A stretch of DNA of 64,000 nt, taken from assembly GCA_028713655.1 (NCBI GenBank), contig JAQTNW010000006.1, positions 37,544 to 101,543 of the forward strand. The letters run 5' to 3'. Origin of the DNA: Candidatus Methylacidiphilales bacterium (GTDB lineage Bacteria > Verrucomicrobiota > Verrucomicrobiia > Methylacidiphilales > JAAUTS01). Below are positions 1 through 9,227 of this stretch, piece by piece; the stretch's first letter is position 1, and the number at the start of each line of letters is the position of its first letter. Made by a program: the position numbers and the translations under genes. The notes under the pieces were generated by a model. It saw only the letters and a list, made by a program, of their open reading frames with translations, had not been told where the DNA came from and ran no database searches.

Positions 1-196
1 CCGCGCGATCCGGCAAGGCGGAGCCAAACGAATTGCTGCAAACCAATTCCGCAAAATGAGACGTGGCGTGCGCGGGCGTGGGGACAACCGGCCTCATTTC
101 AATCAGCACAACGGGGACGCCCTGCGAGGCGATCTGCCATGCCGCCTCCGAGCCCGCCAATCCGGCGCCGATGACAGTTATTTTTTTCGTCTCCAT
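1..196 (-). CDS. trmFO: tRNA (uracil54-C5)-methyltransferase TrmFO, N-terminal fragment (gene runs off the left edge)
   Basis: My translation of the minus strand from ATG 196..194 gives [65 protein letters not shown]. It has the FAD GxGxxG motif and the AELVCSNS block typical of TrmFO/Gid N-termini. It is absent from the ORF track because the window edge truncates it. Confidence 0.7.
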   Translation of the reverse strand, partial: METKKITVIGAGLAGSEAAWQIASQGVPVVLIEMRPVVPTPAHATSHFAELVCSNSFGSALPDRA

Positions 197-214
197 GAAT
201 TCAATGAGCGGGGT

Positions 215-985
215 TCATTCCGAAAAATAAAACACCGGGGTTGATGCCAGCTTGGAAGCGCGCTTGGCGCGGAATTCCGCCGCTGCGGTTTGGATTTTCC
301 CAAAAAAGTTCCGCCAATCCTGCATGCTTTTCGGCGCGCTCGGCGTCTGCAAAAAGGCGCGGATCCACATCAGCCCAAGAAAGGTGATCCTGCCGTTCCA
401 TTTTTCAGGCAAACGCTGTTTCAGCCAGGCAACTTCTTCGGGGTAGCGCGCCTCAAATTCCACAGGCCGCCGGGTAAATAGTTCCAACTCGAATGTTTCC
501 TCGCCCGCCTTTCCGGCCATCAAACAGTTGGGCGCAAAAACCTTCCAGCCTGGCAACTGCCCGACACTCTCCGCAAAACAGGCGTCCAGGATGACGATTC
601 TATTTTTATCCGGAACAACATTTGCCGGGAGCAGTTCGCCGAGGTTCACCAGTTTTTTTTGCGTGAAATCCCAGTCGGCCACGGGAGACTGGTGGGATGC
701 CAGGTAAACCAATGCGCCGGCAGGCAGGTTCTTGAGAAATGAGCCCATTTGTTCCGGGGTCCCATTTTCCAGCATCACAGGCGCAGCCGAAGCGCCCTTC
801 CACTGATTAAGAGTTGCCTGGATCGCCAACGCGGTGCTGCGCGCGCCCTGCAGAGGCTTGCGATGATGATAGTCCCAATTGACAAAGGCCGATAGCTGTC
901 CGGTGGCGACAACCTGGCCTGCAGCGGGGTTTGTCCACAAGGCCGGCGCCAGCATGCAGGCCATGAGCCTCATCCATCCGCTCAT
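215..985 (-). CDS. secreted hypothetical protein with a caspase/CHAT-like His...Cys arrangement
   Basis: ATG start and N-terminal signal-like segment MSGWMRLMACMLAPALWTNPAAGQ. The motifs LVYLASHQSP and, about 40 aa later, RIVILDACFAES resemble the HxxxHG / LVVLSAC dyad motifs of caspase-fold (CHAT) proteins. It lies 1 nt downstream of the FecR-like gene. Confidence 0.4.
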   Translation of the reverse strand: MSGWMRLMACMLAPALWTNPAAGQVVATGQLSAFVNWDYHHRKPLQGARSTALAIQATLNQWKGASAAPVMLENGTPEQMGSFLKNLPAGALVYLASHQSPVADWDFTQKKLVNLGELLPANVVPDKNRIVILDACFAESVGQLPGWKVFAPNCLMAGKAGEETFELELFTRRPVEFEARYPEEVAWLKQRLPEKWNGRITFLGLMWIRAFLQTPSAPKSMQDWRNFFGKIQTAAAEFRAKRASKLASTPVFYFSE

Positions 986-986
986 G

Positions 987-1958
987 TCACGGGTGCGTCT
1001 GGCGGATGACGTCTCTGGCCGTTTCTTTTGCGGTGTCGCGGATGACGTTGCGCTGGAAAAGCCGTTTTCTCAACTCCGTCGCCTTTGCGGCTGCGGCATT
1101 CAACTGCTGGTCCAGCGATGCGGGAACCGGGCGGCCCGATGCCACCAGGGTTTCACGGCGTACATTCAGGCTGCCTTCTTCCTTCGCCGCACTGAGGTAG
1201 GCCGCATGAGTGGAAGCGATCCGGCTGTCCACGGGCTGGAGCCTTCCGCCTTCCATAATATAACTGCCGGAACCGGCGCCGCCCAACGATCCGCCGTTCA
1301 CCTGCACCGCCGCCTGGCCCTCGCCGCCCCTGGCTTTGGCCACCTCGAAGCTGGCGTTCGTGGCGTTGTATTCCTTCCCGTTGACCAGAAAGGCGCCGCT
1401 GATCTGGCCGTCGGAATAGGCGTTTTCTTTTCCGGGATTGATCGCAAAGTGTCCGCCCGCGCTTTCGGCCTCGAAGGTCGAATCACCCTTGGCCTTGGCG
1501 TAAATCCGCCCCTTGGGCACGTCAAATTGGCCGGTTTCACTGTCCACGCTGAACTGCGTCCCCACCGCGCCGCAAACGGCCGTGGGCGTTTCCACTTCCA
1601 CTTTGCTGCCGCTGAGCTTGGGCAGGTCAAAATCCACCTTGCCGGCCTTCAGCTCCACGATGCGGCGGAATTTGGTATTGGCCGCTCCGGTCCCATTGAC
1701 CTGGACCTCGCTGTTGGGCAGCAGCCTGAAAATATTTTCCGGGCTGAACTCGATTTTTAAAACGCCCTCCGCGGTGCGGGCCCACCAGCCGAGGGCGTAG
1801 TCGGCATTTGCCTTGGCGGGTTGATAGCTTTTGGCGTCTTTGCCCACATCACCGCCGCCGGACAAAACCTTGAAGGTCTGGGCCTGAAGGCCCGCCGTGG
1901 TCAGGATGAGGATGCATGTTAAAACTACGGTGTGAAACGATTTAAGTTGAGGGGTCAT
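987..1958 (-). CDS. FecR-domain-like secreted protein
   Basis: The internal ATG at 1958 gives MTPQLKSFHTVVLTCILILTTAGLQAQ, a signal peptide. The beta-rich core (GKVDFDLPKLSGSKVEVETPTAVCGAVGTQFSVD) resembles FecR/PF04773-type domains. The track ORF extends to 2048, but the extension has no signal peptide. Confidence 0.5.
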   Translation of the reverse strand: MTPQLKSFHTVVLTCILILTTAGLQAQTFKVLSGGGDVGKDAKSYQPAKANADYALGWWARTAEGVLKIEFSPENIFRLLPNSEVQVNGTGAANTKFRRIVELKAGKVDFDLPKLSGSKVEVETPTAVCGAVGTQFSVDSETGQFDVPKGRIYAKAKGDSTFEAESAGGHFAINPGKENAYSDGQISGAFLVNGKEYNATNASFEVAKARGGEGQAAVQVNGGSLGGAGSGSYIMEGGRLQPVDSRIASTHAAYLSAAKEEGSLNVRRETLVASGRPVPASLDQQLNAAAAKATELRKRLFQRNVIRDTAKETARDVIRQTHP

Positions 1959-2053
1959 GGTGTTCCTTTTCTTTTTCAGATTGTTTTCCACCCGGTTCAA
2001 TCGCAAGTGATAATCCCCAAAGATTGCCCACCCCGCGCGAATTTCCAAGCATT

Positions 2054-2147
2054 TAACCCGGATGCTTCACACGCTTCTGAAAACCCCCTGCAAAGTGTCC
2101 TGCCAAAAGGCCGGGCAGAATCAGGGACGAATTCACATCCGGGTTAA
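2054..2147. repeat. dispersed repeat family A, copy 1 (taacccggatg...catccgggttaa terminal inverted repeats)
   Basis: Shares ccggatg(c/t)ttcacacgcttc(t/a)gaaaa...caaagtgtcctgc with copies at 41332 and 44154. The 11-12 nt inverted termini enclose about 70 nt. The right arm overlaps the cyclase stop codon. Confidence 0.75.
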
Positions 2148-4633
2148 TCCTTGGATTGCCTTGCGAACGCGCCGTTCCAACCCTCCGGCGGCGGGCTAAC
2201 TTTGTACTGATCCACGCGCTCCAGCATCAGCCGCACCGCCGGATCTTGCGGCCGGACTTTCCGGCATTCGCCAAACGCCGCCCCGGCCTCAGCCCATTTT
2301 TTCTCCCACAACCGTTGAAGCCCCTGCTCATAGAACTTGATCCAGTCCGGCCGACCGGGGCCGCGTCCCACCAGTTCGTAAATCAACACCGGTTCGGTCT
2401 TGCCCTTGACCACCACCTTGTCCAGCAGACGGGTCACCCATCCGCCTTCCGGCAAAAGTTTCCGGGTGTTTTCTCCAATGATAATATGCGTGCCGTAATC
2501 CTTGTTGATCGGCTCCAACCGGGCCGCCAGGTTCACGGCATCGCCCATCACGGTGTATTGTTGCTTTTTGGCGGAACCCATGTTGCCGGCTGAAACGATT
2601 CCCGAATTGATTCCCATGCGGACATCGATCCGGATGCCGGTGTCGTTTTCGATCTCGCGTTCGAGCGATTTCAAGCGTTCCAGTTGGTCGAGCGCGGCGC
2701 CGCAGGCTTTTGCGGCATGCTCTTTTTCGGGCAACGGCACGCCCCAGACCGCCATGATCGCGTCCCCCTGGTATTTGTCAATGTAACCGTCTGACGCTAA
2801 AATAATATCGCTCATCGGGGTCAAATAACGGTTCAGCAGGGCGGACAATTCCTGCGGGGCCAGTTTTTCGGCAATCGTGGTGAATCCCGCGATATCGGAA
2901 AAAAAGACGCTCGTCTCGGCCTTTTCGCCCTGGAGGGAAAATCGTTCCGGGTTGGCTTCCAGCAACTCGAGAACCCGCGGGGATACTGCCGCGGAAAACG
3001 CCTTCCGCAAAACGCCGCGCCGCCTCGATTCCAAAATGTAATGAAAAATGGAATTGGCGGCAAAAAGCGCCAGCAACATCAGGCTCGGCGTCAAAAACGG
3101 CTCCAACCGGCCCAGCCAAAGCGCGCTGGCGGCCGCCGCCGCCGGATAAACAACGCAAAGCAGGCCCATGCCAACGGCAACCGCTGTGAACTTCCGGAAA
3201 AAAACATGCAGCAGACATGTCGCTGCCGCTAGCAACGCGAGCAAAATCACCGCCTGCCGAGGGGTCCAATAGCGCAAATAATCGCCCCGTAAAATGTTAT
3301 CCATGGCATAAAGGTGCGCCAGAGCGTTCGGCACATTGTCCTCCAATGCGAAACTGCCGATATCACCGCTCGCGGTGAAAGCCTGGCCGATCACCGCGAT
3401 CTTCCCCTGCAACCTGGGTAAAATCGTGTCGCGGCCCAGCGCGATTTTTTCCCGGCGTTGCGCGGGGTCCCGGATCAAATATCCAAGGTCCGCATCCAGG
3501 GCCAACCCGCACTCGGTCACATCCACATAGGATAAACTGGGCAGCACCCGGTCCCGGTAACCGCATTCCGTGTTGAGAAAAAGGCGGAATTGTTCATCCA
3601 CCGGAATCCTGCGGGTCCAATCCTTGGTTTGGATGACAATGGAATCGCCGGCGACGGCATGAAAGGCAGGAGTACCCCCGCCCATTTTTTTAAGTTGCGC
3701 GGGATTGATGTCCCAATAAGCCATCAAGGCGTTCAACGCAAAGGACGGGACATGGCGGATGTGCCGGGTCTGCGGATCTTGTACCGCGTAAAGCAGCGGC
3801 ACGCGCCGCACCACACCCCCTGCGTCACGCTGGACATTGATGGGCCCAAACCATGCCGGGGTGGACTCGGCCATCAGTTGGTCGATCAGCGGAATGGCGG
3901 CCTGCATGGGTGATTCAACGCCTCCTTCCACCAACCCCTCCGGAATGGCGGAAGCCAGGTATCTTTTAAAAACAGATTCCTGTTTTCCGCTGTCGCCAGC
4001 CAACCGGGCCGACAGCGCGGCATCATCGGGAAAATAATAGGCAAACAAGGGCCGGGGCGCGGGCTTTCCCTGCTGGCTCAGGTCGTCGAACGTAAACAAA
4101 AGATTCAACAGGCTGTCGTTGCCTTCGGACTCGGCCTCTTCGTACAATTTTCGCGCCTTGGAAAGCGCGGCGGCGGATTGCTCCTTATTTTCCAGACGGC
4201 TGGAAATTGAGGATTCCATAACCTTCCCGCCCGGACGAAAAATAATATCATAGGCCAAAACTTTGGGGTGGTAGATGCCGGCATGGGTTTGAAGCTGGAA
4301 TGTGTACGCCTCGCGGGTCACCCAACTGTCCCGGCCCCACAAGCTGCTGAAAGCGGAATAGCTGGGGTCCACCGATTTGTCATCAATTCCGATAAAGGCC
4401 AGGTCGGGCGCGCAGACGGGGCCGGTCAGCTTGTAACGGAACAGTTGGAAATAATCCACCGCCTTGCCCTCCAGGCCCTGCCCCGCGTCGGAAAAGAAGA
4501 ATACCATTGCCAGGCCGCAGGCAAGCAGGCTGAAACTAAACGGCAGGATATGTTCAGCGGAAGCATGTCCCCGGGCGATCTTGCCTGCGGCGTTCACAGC
4601 CGACTTATTGCCATGAATCACCGGGCACCGCAA
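2144..4633 (-). CDS. CHASE2 sensor-domain class III adenylate/guanylate cyclase
   Basis: The layout is an N-terminal TM, a large extracytoplasmic region, several TM segments (LLALLAAATCLLHVFF...), then a cyclase core (VFFSDIAGFTTIAEKL...YQGDAIMAVWG...GINSGIVSAGNMGS). The start is uncertain: TTG at 4633 or GTG at 4621. Confidence 0.8.
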   Translation of the reverse strand: MRCPVIHGNKSAVNAAGKIARGHASAEHILPFSFSLLACGLAMVFFFSDAGQGLEGKAVDYFQLFRYKLTGPVCAPDLAFIGIDDKSVDPSYSAFSSLWGRDSWVTREAYTFQLQTHAGIYHPKVLAYDIIFRPGGKVMESSISSRLENKEQSAAALSKARKLYEEAESEGNDSLLNLLFTFDDLSQQGKPAPRPLFAYYFPDDAALSARLAGDSGKQESVFKRYLASAIPEGLVEGGVESPMQAAIPLIDQLMAESTPAWFGPINVQRDAGGVVRRVPLLYAVQDPQTRHIRHVPSFALNALMAYWDINPAQLKKMGGGTPAFHAVAGDSIVIQTKDWTRRIPVDEQFRLFLNTECGYRDRVLPSLSYVDVTECGLALDADLGYLIRDPAQRREKIALGRDTILPRLQGKIAVIGQAFTASGDIGSFALEDNVPNALAHLYAMDNILRGDYLRYWTPRQAVILLALLAAATCLLHVFFRKFTAVAVGMGLLCVVYPAAAAASALWLGRLEPFLTPSLMLLALFAANSIFHYILESRRRGVLRKAFSAAVSPRVLELLEANPERFSLQGEKAETSVFFSDIAGFTTIAEKLAPQELSALLNRYLTPMSDIILASDGYIDKYQGDAIMAVWGVPLPEKEHAAKACGAALDQLERLKSLEREIENDTGIRIDVRMGINSGIVSAGNMGSAKKQQYTVMGDAVNLAARLEPINKDYGTHIIIGENTRKLLPEGGWVTRLLDKVVVKGKTEPVLIYELVGRGPGRPDWIKFYEQGLQRLWEKKWAEAGAAFGECRKVRPQDPAVRLMLERVDQYKVSPPPEGWNGAFARQSKD

Positions 4634-4673
4634 TTCAAAGTGAATAAATCGTCCGACAGGCTATCTTATCCGC

Positions 4674-5276
4674 ATGAGAGCCTTGTTTGCCTGCCTGCTC
4701 GGTTTGATTGCTTTTAACCTCCATGGAGAACCCCCCACTATGAAGACCCAAACTCACGACCTCGAACTGGCCTCCTTTGGCGGCGGCTGCTTTTGGTGTA
4801 TCGACGCTGTTTTTGAGCGGCTCGACGGCGTTAAAAAAGTCACCAGCGGCTATGCCGGAGGCACCCATGCCCGCCCGACTTATGAAGAAGTTTGCAGCGG
4901 CAGCACCGGCCACGCCGAAGTCGTGCAAATCTCCTTCGATCCGGCAAAAATTTCATACGAAAAACTGCTGGAAGTTTTCTGGCAGGCGCACGACCCCACC
5001 ACCCTGAACCGGCAGGGCCCGGATTTCGGAACCCAATACCGTTCCATCATTTTGTATCAGAACGAAAAACAAAAGGCCGCCGCGGAAAAATCCAAGGCTG
5101 AAGCCGCGAAAAAATTCTCCAGCCCGATCGTGACCGAGATCGTTCCCTTGAAAGAGTTTTACCCGGCGGAAAATTACCACCAGGATTACTTCCGCTTGAA
5201 CGGGCATGCCCCCTATTGCCGGTTTGTGATCGCTCCCAAAGTTGAAAAGCTGCAAAAGGAAAAAGTCATCCCATAG
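4674..5276 (+). CDS. msrA: peptide-methionine (S)-S-oxide reductase MsrA
   Basis: Has the GGGCFWC active-site motif, the HAEVVQISFDP block and YHQDYF. A possible N-terminal signal sequence is present, with an alternative start at MKTQTHD. Confidence 0.9.
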   Translation: MRALFACLLGLIAFNLHGEPPTMKTQTHDLELASFGGGCFWCIDAVFERLDGVKKVTSGYAGGTHARPTYEEVCSGSTGHAEVVQISFDPAKISYEKLLEVFWQAHDPTTLNRQGPDFGTQYRSIILYQNEKQKAAAEKSKAEAAKKFSSPIVTEIVPLKEFYPAENYHQDYFRLNGHAPYCRFVIAPKVEKLQKEKVIP

Positions 5277-5612
5277 CGCGGATGTCCCCTGCTCATTCCG
5301 GGAAATGACGGGTTGAAATAGTTTAGCCGGATTTATGATCGACATCTGTCATAAATATGGACAAGTTAACGAGCAACCGCGCCTATCAGAGGGTGATGGA
5401 TGCGAATGGAGCCGGGGAGGGTAGTATCACGCAATAATCCGCTCATCCTGTCGATGATTGGAATCTGAACTTGCGGGTCTTGTTGTCTTAATAGCGCGCG
5501 TATAAGTGCGCCACGCTTCCAATACTTATATCCATGACAAAATTGAATGCCCGCCGGGGTTGCTTTTCCTGGGAAAACAACTTTAATCCCAGCAGCATTT
5601 TAAATTAACTTG

Positions 5613-7943
5613 ATGGCCAACACGATGTCTTTGCCCAGTTTTGATACACAGTCTAACCGACCGCTGAAGGTACTCCATGTGGAAGACAACTCCCACGACA
5701 GGGAACATATTTCCGGCATCCTGAACCGGGAGTTTTCAAACATCCACGTCACCCACATTCATGACGAGGCGATCCTGCATTCCACGCTTAAATCATTCCA
5801 TCCGGATGTGGTGCTGACCGATTACAATCTCGGGTGGAGCAACGGCATTTCCATTCTGCGCATCGTGCGCGAAATCCATCCGGATTGCCCTGTCATCATG
5901 GTGACCGGAACGGGCAGCGAATCCGTGGCGGTGGACGGGCTGAAGCACGGTCTGGACGATTATTTCATTAAAACCCCCGGCCACCTGACCCGGCTCGGGG
6001 CCTCCGTCCGCAAATGCGTCGAGCAAACACGGCACAAACGCCTGTTGCGCATCCAACAGCGCGCGCTGTCCTCCATCTCGGAAGGCGTCGTCATCACCGA
6101 CCCCAGCCTCCCTGACAACCCGATCATCTATGTCAATGACGCTTTCGAACGCATCAGCGGTTATCCAGCTCCCGAAGTCATCGGAAAAAACTGCCGTTTT
6201 CTCCAGGGACCGGGTTCCGATCCTGAAATGCTGTCCCGGATGCGCGAATCCATCAAGGCGCGCAGGCATTTTTCGGGCGAAATTTTAAATTACAGCAAGC
6301 AGGGCGTGCCGTATTGGAACCGTTTGTCCTTTTCGCCGGTCAAGGATGAGGCGGGCAATACCACCCACTTCGTCGGCGTCGCTTCGGACATCTCCACCCG
6401 CAAACAGGCGGAGGAAAATCTCCTCGAACAAAAGGCCGTGCTCAACCTCATTCTCGACAGCCTCAATGAGGCGGTTATCGCCATGGATATGGCAGGTCGC
6501 GTCGTCCTCCTGAACCCCTGGGCAAAGACCTTTTTTGGGACCGGCGGCGACTCGGCGGAATGCCCCGAATGGCTGCAGGACTGGGAATTTTTCGATCCAA
6601 CGGATAATTCACCCCTCTCGGCGCTCCGGCATCCCATGGTCAGGGCCATGAGCGGTGAAACATTTCACAATCTGGAAATCATCACCCGCCACGGCGCCTC
6701 GTCCCGCGAACACCGGCTTTCAATCGACGGCGGTGCCCTGCGGGACAAGGACGGTTCCATTCGCGGCTGCGTCCTCGTCTGCCGGGACATCTCCGCCGAG
6801 CGCCAGATGGAGGAACATCTCAGGCAGTCACAGAAAATGGAAACCATCGGCCAGCTCGCCGGCGGCGTCGCCCACGATTTCAACAATATCCTGGTCGCAA
6901 TTCTGGGATATTCCGAACTGCTGCTCAATGAAACCACGTCCGGGGATCCGAGGCACAAGTTGGTCGAGGAAATTTACAAGGCCGCGGGACGGGCCGCTAC
7001 CCTGACACGCCAATTGCTGACATTCAGCCGCAAACACGTTCTCGAGATGCGGCCTCTTTCGTTGAACAAGATCGCCACCGAGATGGAGGACATGCTCCGC
7101 CGTTTGATCGGCGAACGGATCCGCTTTGTCTTCACCCTGTGCCGGAATCCGGACCCGGTATTGGCGGATGCGGGGCAGATTGAGCAGATCATCATGAATC
7201 TGGTCGTCAACGCGCGGGATGCCATGCCCTCCGGAGGAACCCTTGAAATCCTCACCCGTAACGTAACCATTGAGCCCGCCAATAGCGATGAAATCCCCGC
7301 CGGCAATTATGTCTGCCTCTCTGTTTCCGACACAGGCATGGGCATGACGCCGGATGTCAAAGAACAGATCTTCGAACCCTTTTTTACAACCAAGGGCCAG
7401 ACCGGAACCGGCCTCGGACTTTCCACCTGCCGGAGCATCATCAGGCAAATGCAGGGCCAGATCCGCGTTTATACCGAAGTCGGAAAGGGCAGTATTTTCC
7501 GCATCTACCTGCCGGCCACACGCCTCGCGCCGCAACAGGAACAGGACGCGCCTTTGATCCAGCCCGCCATCCCGCGCGGCACCGAAACGGTGCTCCTGGT
7601 TGACGATGAAGCATCCCTGCGGCTGATTCTGGCTACAATTCTGAAACAAGCGGGCTATCAAGCCGTGGTTGCCGCCAATGGCCGGGAAGCCCTGGATTAT
7701 CTCCGGGAAAATCCGGAAGTTCATGTGGTTGTTACCGACGTCATGCTGCCCGACATGCCCGGCACCGAACTGGCTTCCAAAGTCAAGGAACTCAACCCGT
7801 CCGCCCATTTGATCTTCACCTCAGGCTATGCCAGCGAGGATTTGCCCACCGGACGCTTCCCCTCTTCCGTCTTTATTCAAAAACCGTTCACACCCACTTC
7901 CTTCATGAAAAAACTCCGGCAAACTCTCGACACCACAGGGTGA
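5613..7943 (+). CDS. hybrid sensor histidine kinase, REC-LOV-PAS-HisKA-HATPase-REC
   Basis: N-terminal receiver (KVLHVEDN...VLTDYNLG). LOV core with GKNCRFLQGPGSD (about 6070..6400). A second PAS domain. H-box GGVAHDFNNIL. ATPase N/G boxes (NLVVNARDAM, DTGMGM, GTGLGLS). C-terminal receiver (VLLVDDE...VVTDVMLPDMPG). Confidence 0.85.
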   Translation: MANTMSLPSFDTQSNRPLKVLHVEDNSHDREHISGILNREFSNIHVTHIHDEAILHSTLKSFHPDVVLTDYNLGWSNGISILRIVREIHPDCPVIMVTGTGSESVAVDGLKHGLDDYFIKTPGHLTRLGASVRKCVEQTRHKRLLRIQQRALSSISEGVVITDPSLPDNPIIYVNDAFERISGYPAPEVIGKNCRFLQGPGSDPEMLSRMRESIKARRHFSGEILNYSKQGVPYWNRLSFSPVKDEAGNTTHFVGVASDISTRKQAEENLLEQKAVLNLILDSLNEAVIAMDMAGRVVLLNPWAKTFFGTGGDSAECPEWLQDWEFFDPTDNSPLSALRHPMVRAMSGETFHNLEIITRHGASSREHRLSIDGGALRDKDGSIRGCVLVCRDISAERQMEEHLRQSQKMETIGQLAGGVAHDFNNILVAILGYSELLLNETTSGDPRHKLVEEIYKAAGRAATLTRQLLTFSRKHVLEMRPLSLNKIATEMEDMLRRLIGERIRFVFTLCRNPDPVLADAGQIEQIIMNLVVNARDAMPSGGTLEILTRNVTIEPANSDEIPAGNYVCLSVSDTGMGMTPDVKEQIFEPFFTTKGQTGTGLGLSTCRSIIRQMQGQIRVYTEVGKGSIFRIYLPATRLAPQQEQDAPLIQPAIPRGTETVLLVDDEASLRLILATILKQAGYQAVVAANGREALDYLRENPEVHVVVTDVMLPDMPGTELASKVKELNPSAHLIFTSGYASEDLPTGRFPSSVFIQKPFTPTSFMKKLRQTLDTTG

Positions 7944-8171
7944 GCGGGAAATTTTGGAATGCGTCGGCAGAGCATAGCCACGACGGCGCTTTTTCAGGAA
8001 ACCCAAAGCGGTGTCGCGTCCGGCGGCTGCCAGACTTGCCACCGCACCATACTGTTCATTCGGCGACCGCTTCGGGGGGTGCGCTCTTCTGGGCCGTGGC
8101 CTCCCAATGGCCCCCAAAATCCTTGAATCAAATCCCGGCTCCTGGCGTCGAACCGGTAAGAGGAAAATACT

Positions 8172-8450
8172 ATGAAAACTAAACTTCTGATTCTGGGTGC
8201 CTGTGCGTTGTTCGGCGGACTGATGGGCTTGGCTCCGAAAGCGGAAGCTGGCGTCGGCTTTTCGGTCAACTTCGGCCCTTCGTATTGCGACCCTGGCCCC
8301 TACTACGTCGTACGCCGCCCATGCTACCCCTATGGGCATTACTATTATCCGCGGCCTTACTATTACTCACCCTATTATTCACCCGGCGTGACGTTTTATT
8401 TCGGGGGTGGAGGCCGCCATGATGGCGGATGGCATCACCACAGACATTAA
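8172..8450 (+). CDS. small secreted Tyr/Pro/Gly-rich protein with a His-rich tail
   Basis: An SD-like aagagga precedes the ATG. The signal peptide is MKTKLLILGACALFGGLMGLAPKAEA. The mature part is low-complexity (YYYPRPYYYSPYYSPGVTFYFGGGGRHDGGWHHHRH). A strong terminator follows. Confidence 0.6.
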   Translation: MKTKLLILGACALFGGLMGLAPKAEAGVGFSVNFGPSYCDPGPYYVVRRPCYPYGHYYYPRPYYYSPYYSPGVTFYFGGGGRHDGGWHHHRH

Positions 8451-8468
8451 CAAACAGCGCGCCTTAAA

Positions 8469-8502
8469 AACCCGGCCCTGTTAAAGAACGGCCGGGTTTT
8501 TT
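8469..8502 (+). terminator. rho-independent terminator
   Basis: The stem acccggcc ... ggccgggt is followed by a T-run (aaaaacccggccctgttaaagaacggccgggtttttt). Confidence 0.8.
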
Positions 8503-8945
8503 GCGTTTGGAGCGGAAATGAATCTGGGTTTTCCAAAGAAGCAGCCGAAGCTGCGCCCCATCCCAGCCTGGGGCATCGCCCCAGGAATCCGAATAATACA
8601 AAACCTCAAGCCCTGTAGGGGCGCACTAACGTAGATCGCTCCTTCAGAGTTCGATAAATTTTTTATGCGCCATACCCAGGGTTTCGCACTGGGCTGGTAT
8701 AGGGCGGGCCTTCGGCCCTTATGAAGAGTCGCGAAACCTCTAACACTCCATGTTTTAAAACCTGGATCACCACGTCGTCCGGCTCCGGCGGACTCCTCGT
8801 GATGACGCACGGACGGTGCAACACCGTAAGGAAACCGGCAAGGCCGTTTCGTCCTTCAGCCCAGAGGCTCGAAAAACGAAACAAAAAGAATCCCCATTCG
8901 GCGTGGTTTCACGCCGAAACAAGTAAAGCTATCGTTGCGATAGCT

Positions 8946-9227
8946 TTACAGGCCCTTTTTAAAATCCGCCCCGGGCGAAAACTTCACGCTCTTGGAAGCG
9001 GCGATCTTGATCTTTTCTCCGGTCTTGGGATTCACGCCGATGCGGGCGGCGCGGTTCACCACCTTGAAAGTTCCGAAGCCGATCAACTGGACCGCCTTGG
9101 ATTTCGTGACGGACGACTTGATGCTTTCTATCACGGCGCTGAGGGCGCGTTCCGCCGCGGCCTTGCTGGTTTCACCGCCGAGTTCTTTTTGGATCTTTTC
9201 TACGAGTTGGGCGCGATTGACGCTCAT
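8946..9227 (-). CDS. hup: HU-family DNA-binding protein
   Basis: MSVNRAQLVEKIQKELGGETSKAAAERALSAVIESI...GFGTFKVVNRAARIGVNPKTGEKIKIAASKSVKFSPG matches HU/IHF throughout. Two hairpins lie downstream at 8893..8945. Confidence 0.9.
   Translation of the reverse strand: MSVNRAQLVEKIQKELGGETSKAAAERALSAVIESIKSSVTKSKAVQLIGFGTFKVVNRAARIGVNPKTGEKIKIAASKSVKFSPGADFKKGL

Noticed and set aside
879-1760. Long antisense ORFs throughout the window, e.g. 879..1760(+), 6828..7808(-), 23145..24029(+), 41507..42163(+), 42343..43299(+), 45350..46183(+), 46309..46917(+), 53526..54392(-), 57013..57840(+), 59702..60511(-), 61909..62676(-).
   Set aside because: Each lies opposite a gene with clear family motifs. The translations are Arg/Ala/Gly/Pro-rich with no motifs, which is the typical high-GC shadow-ORF pattern.
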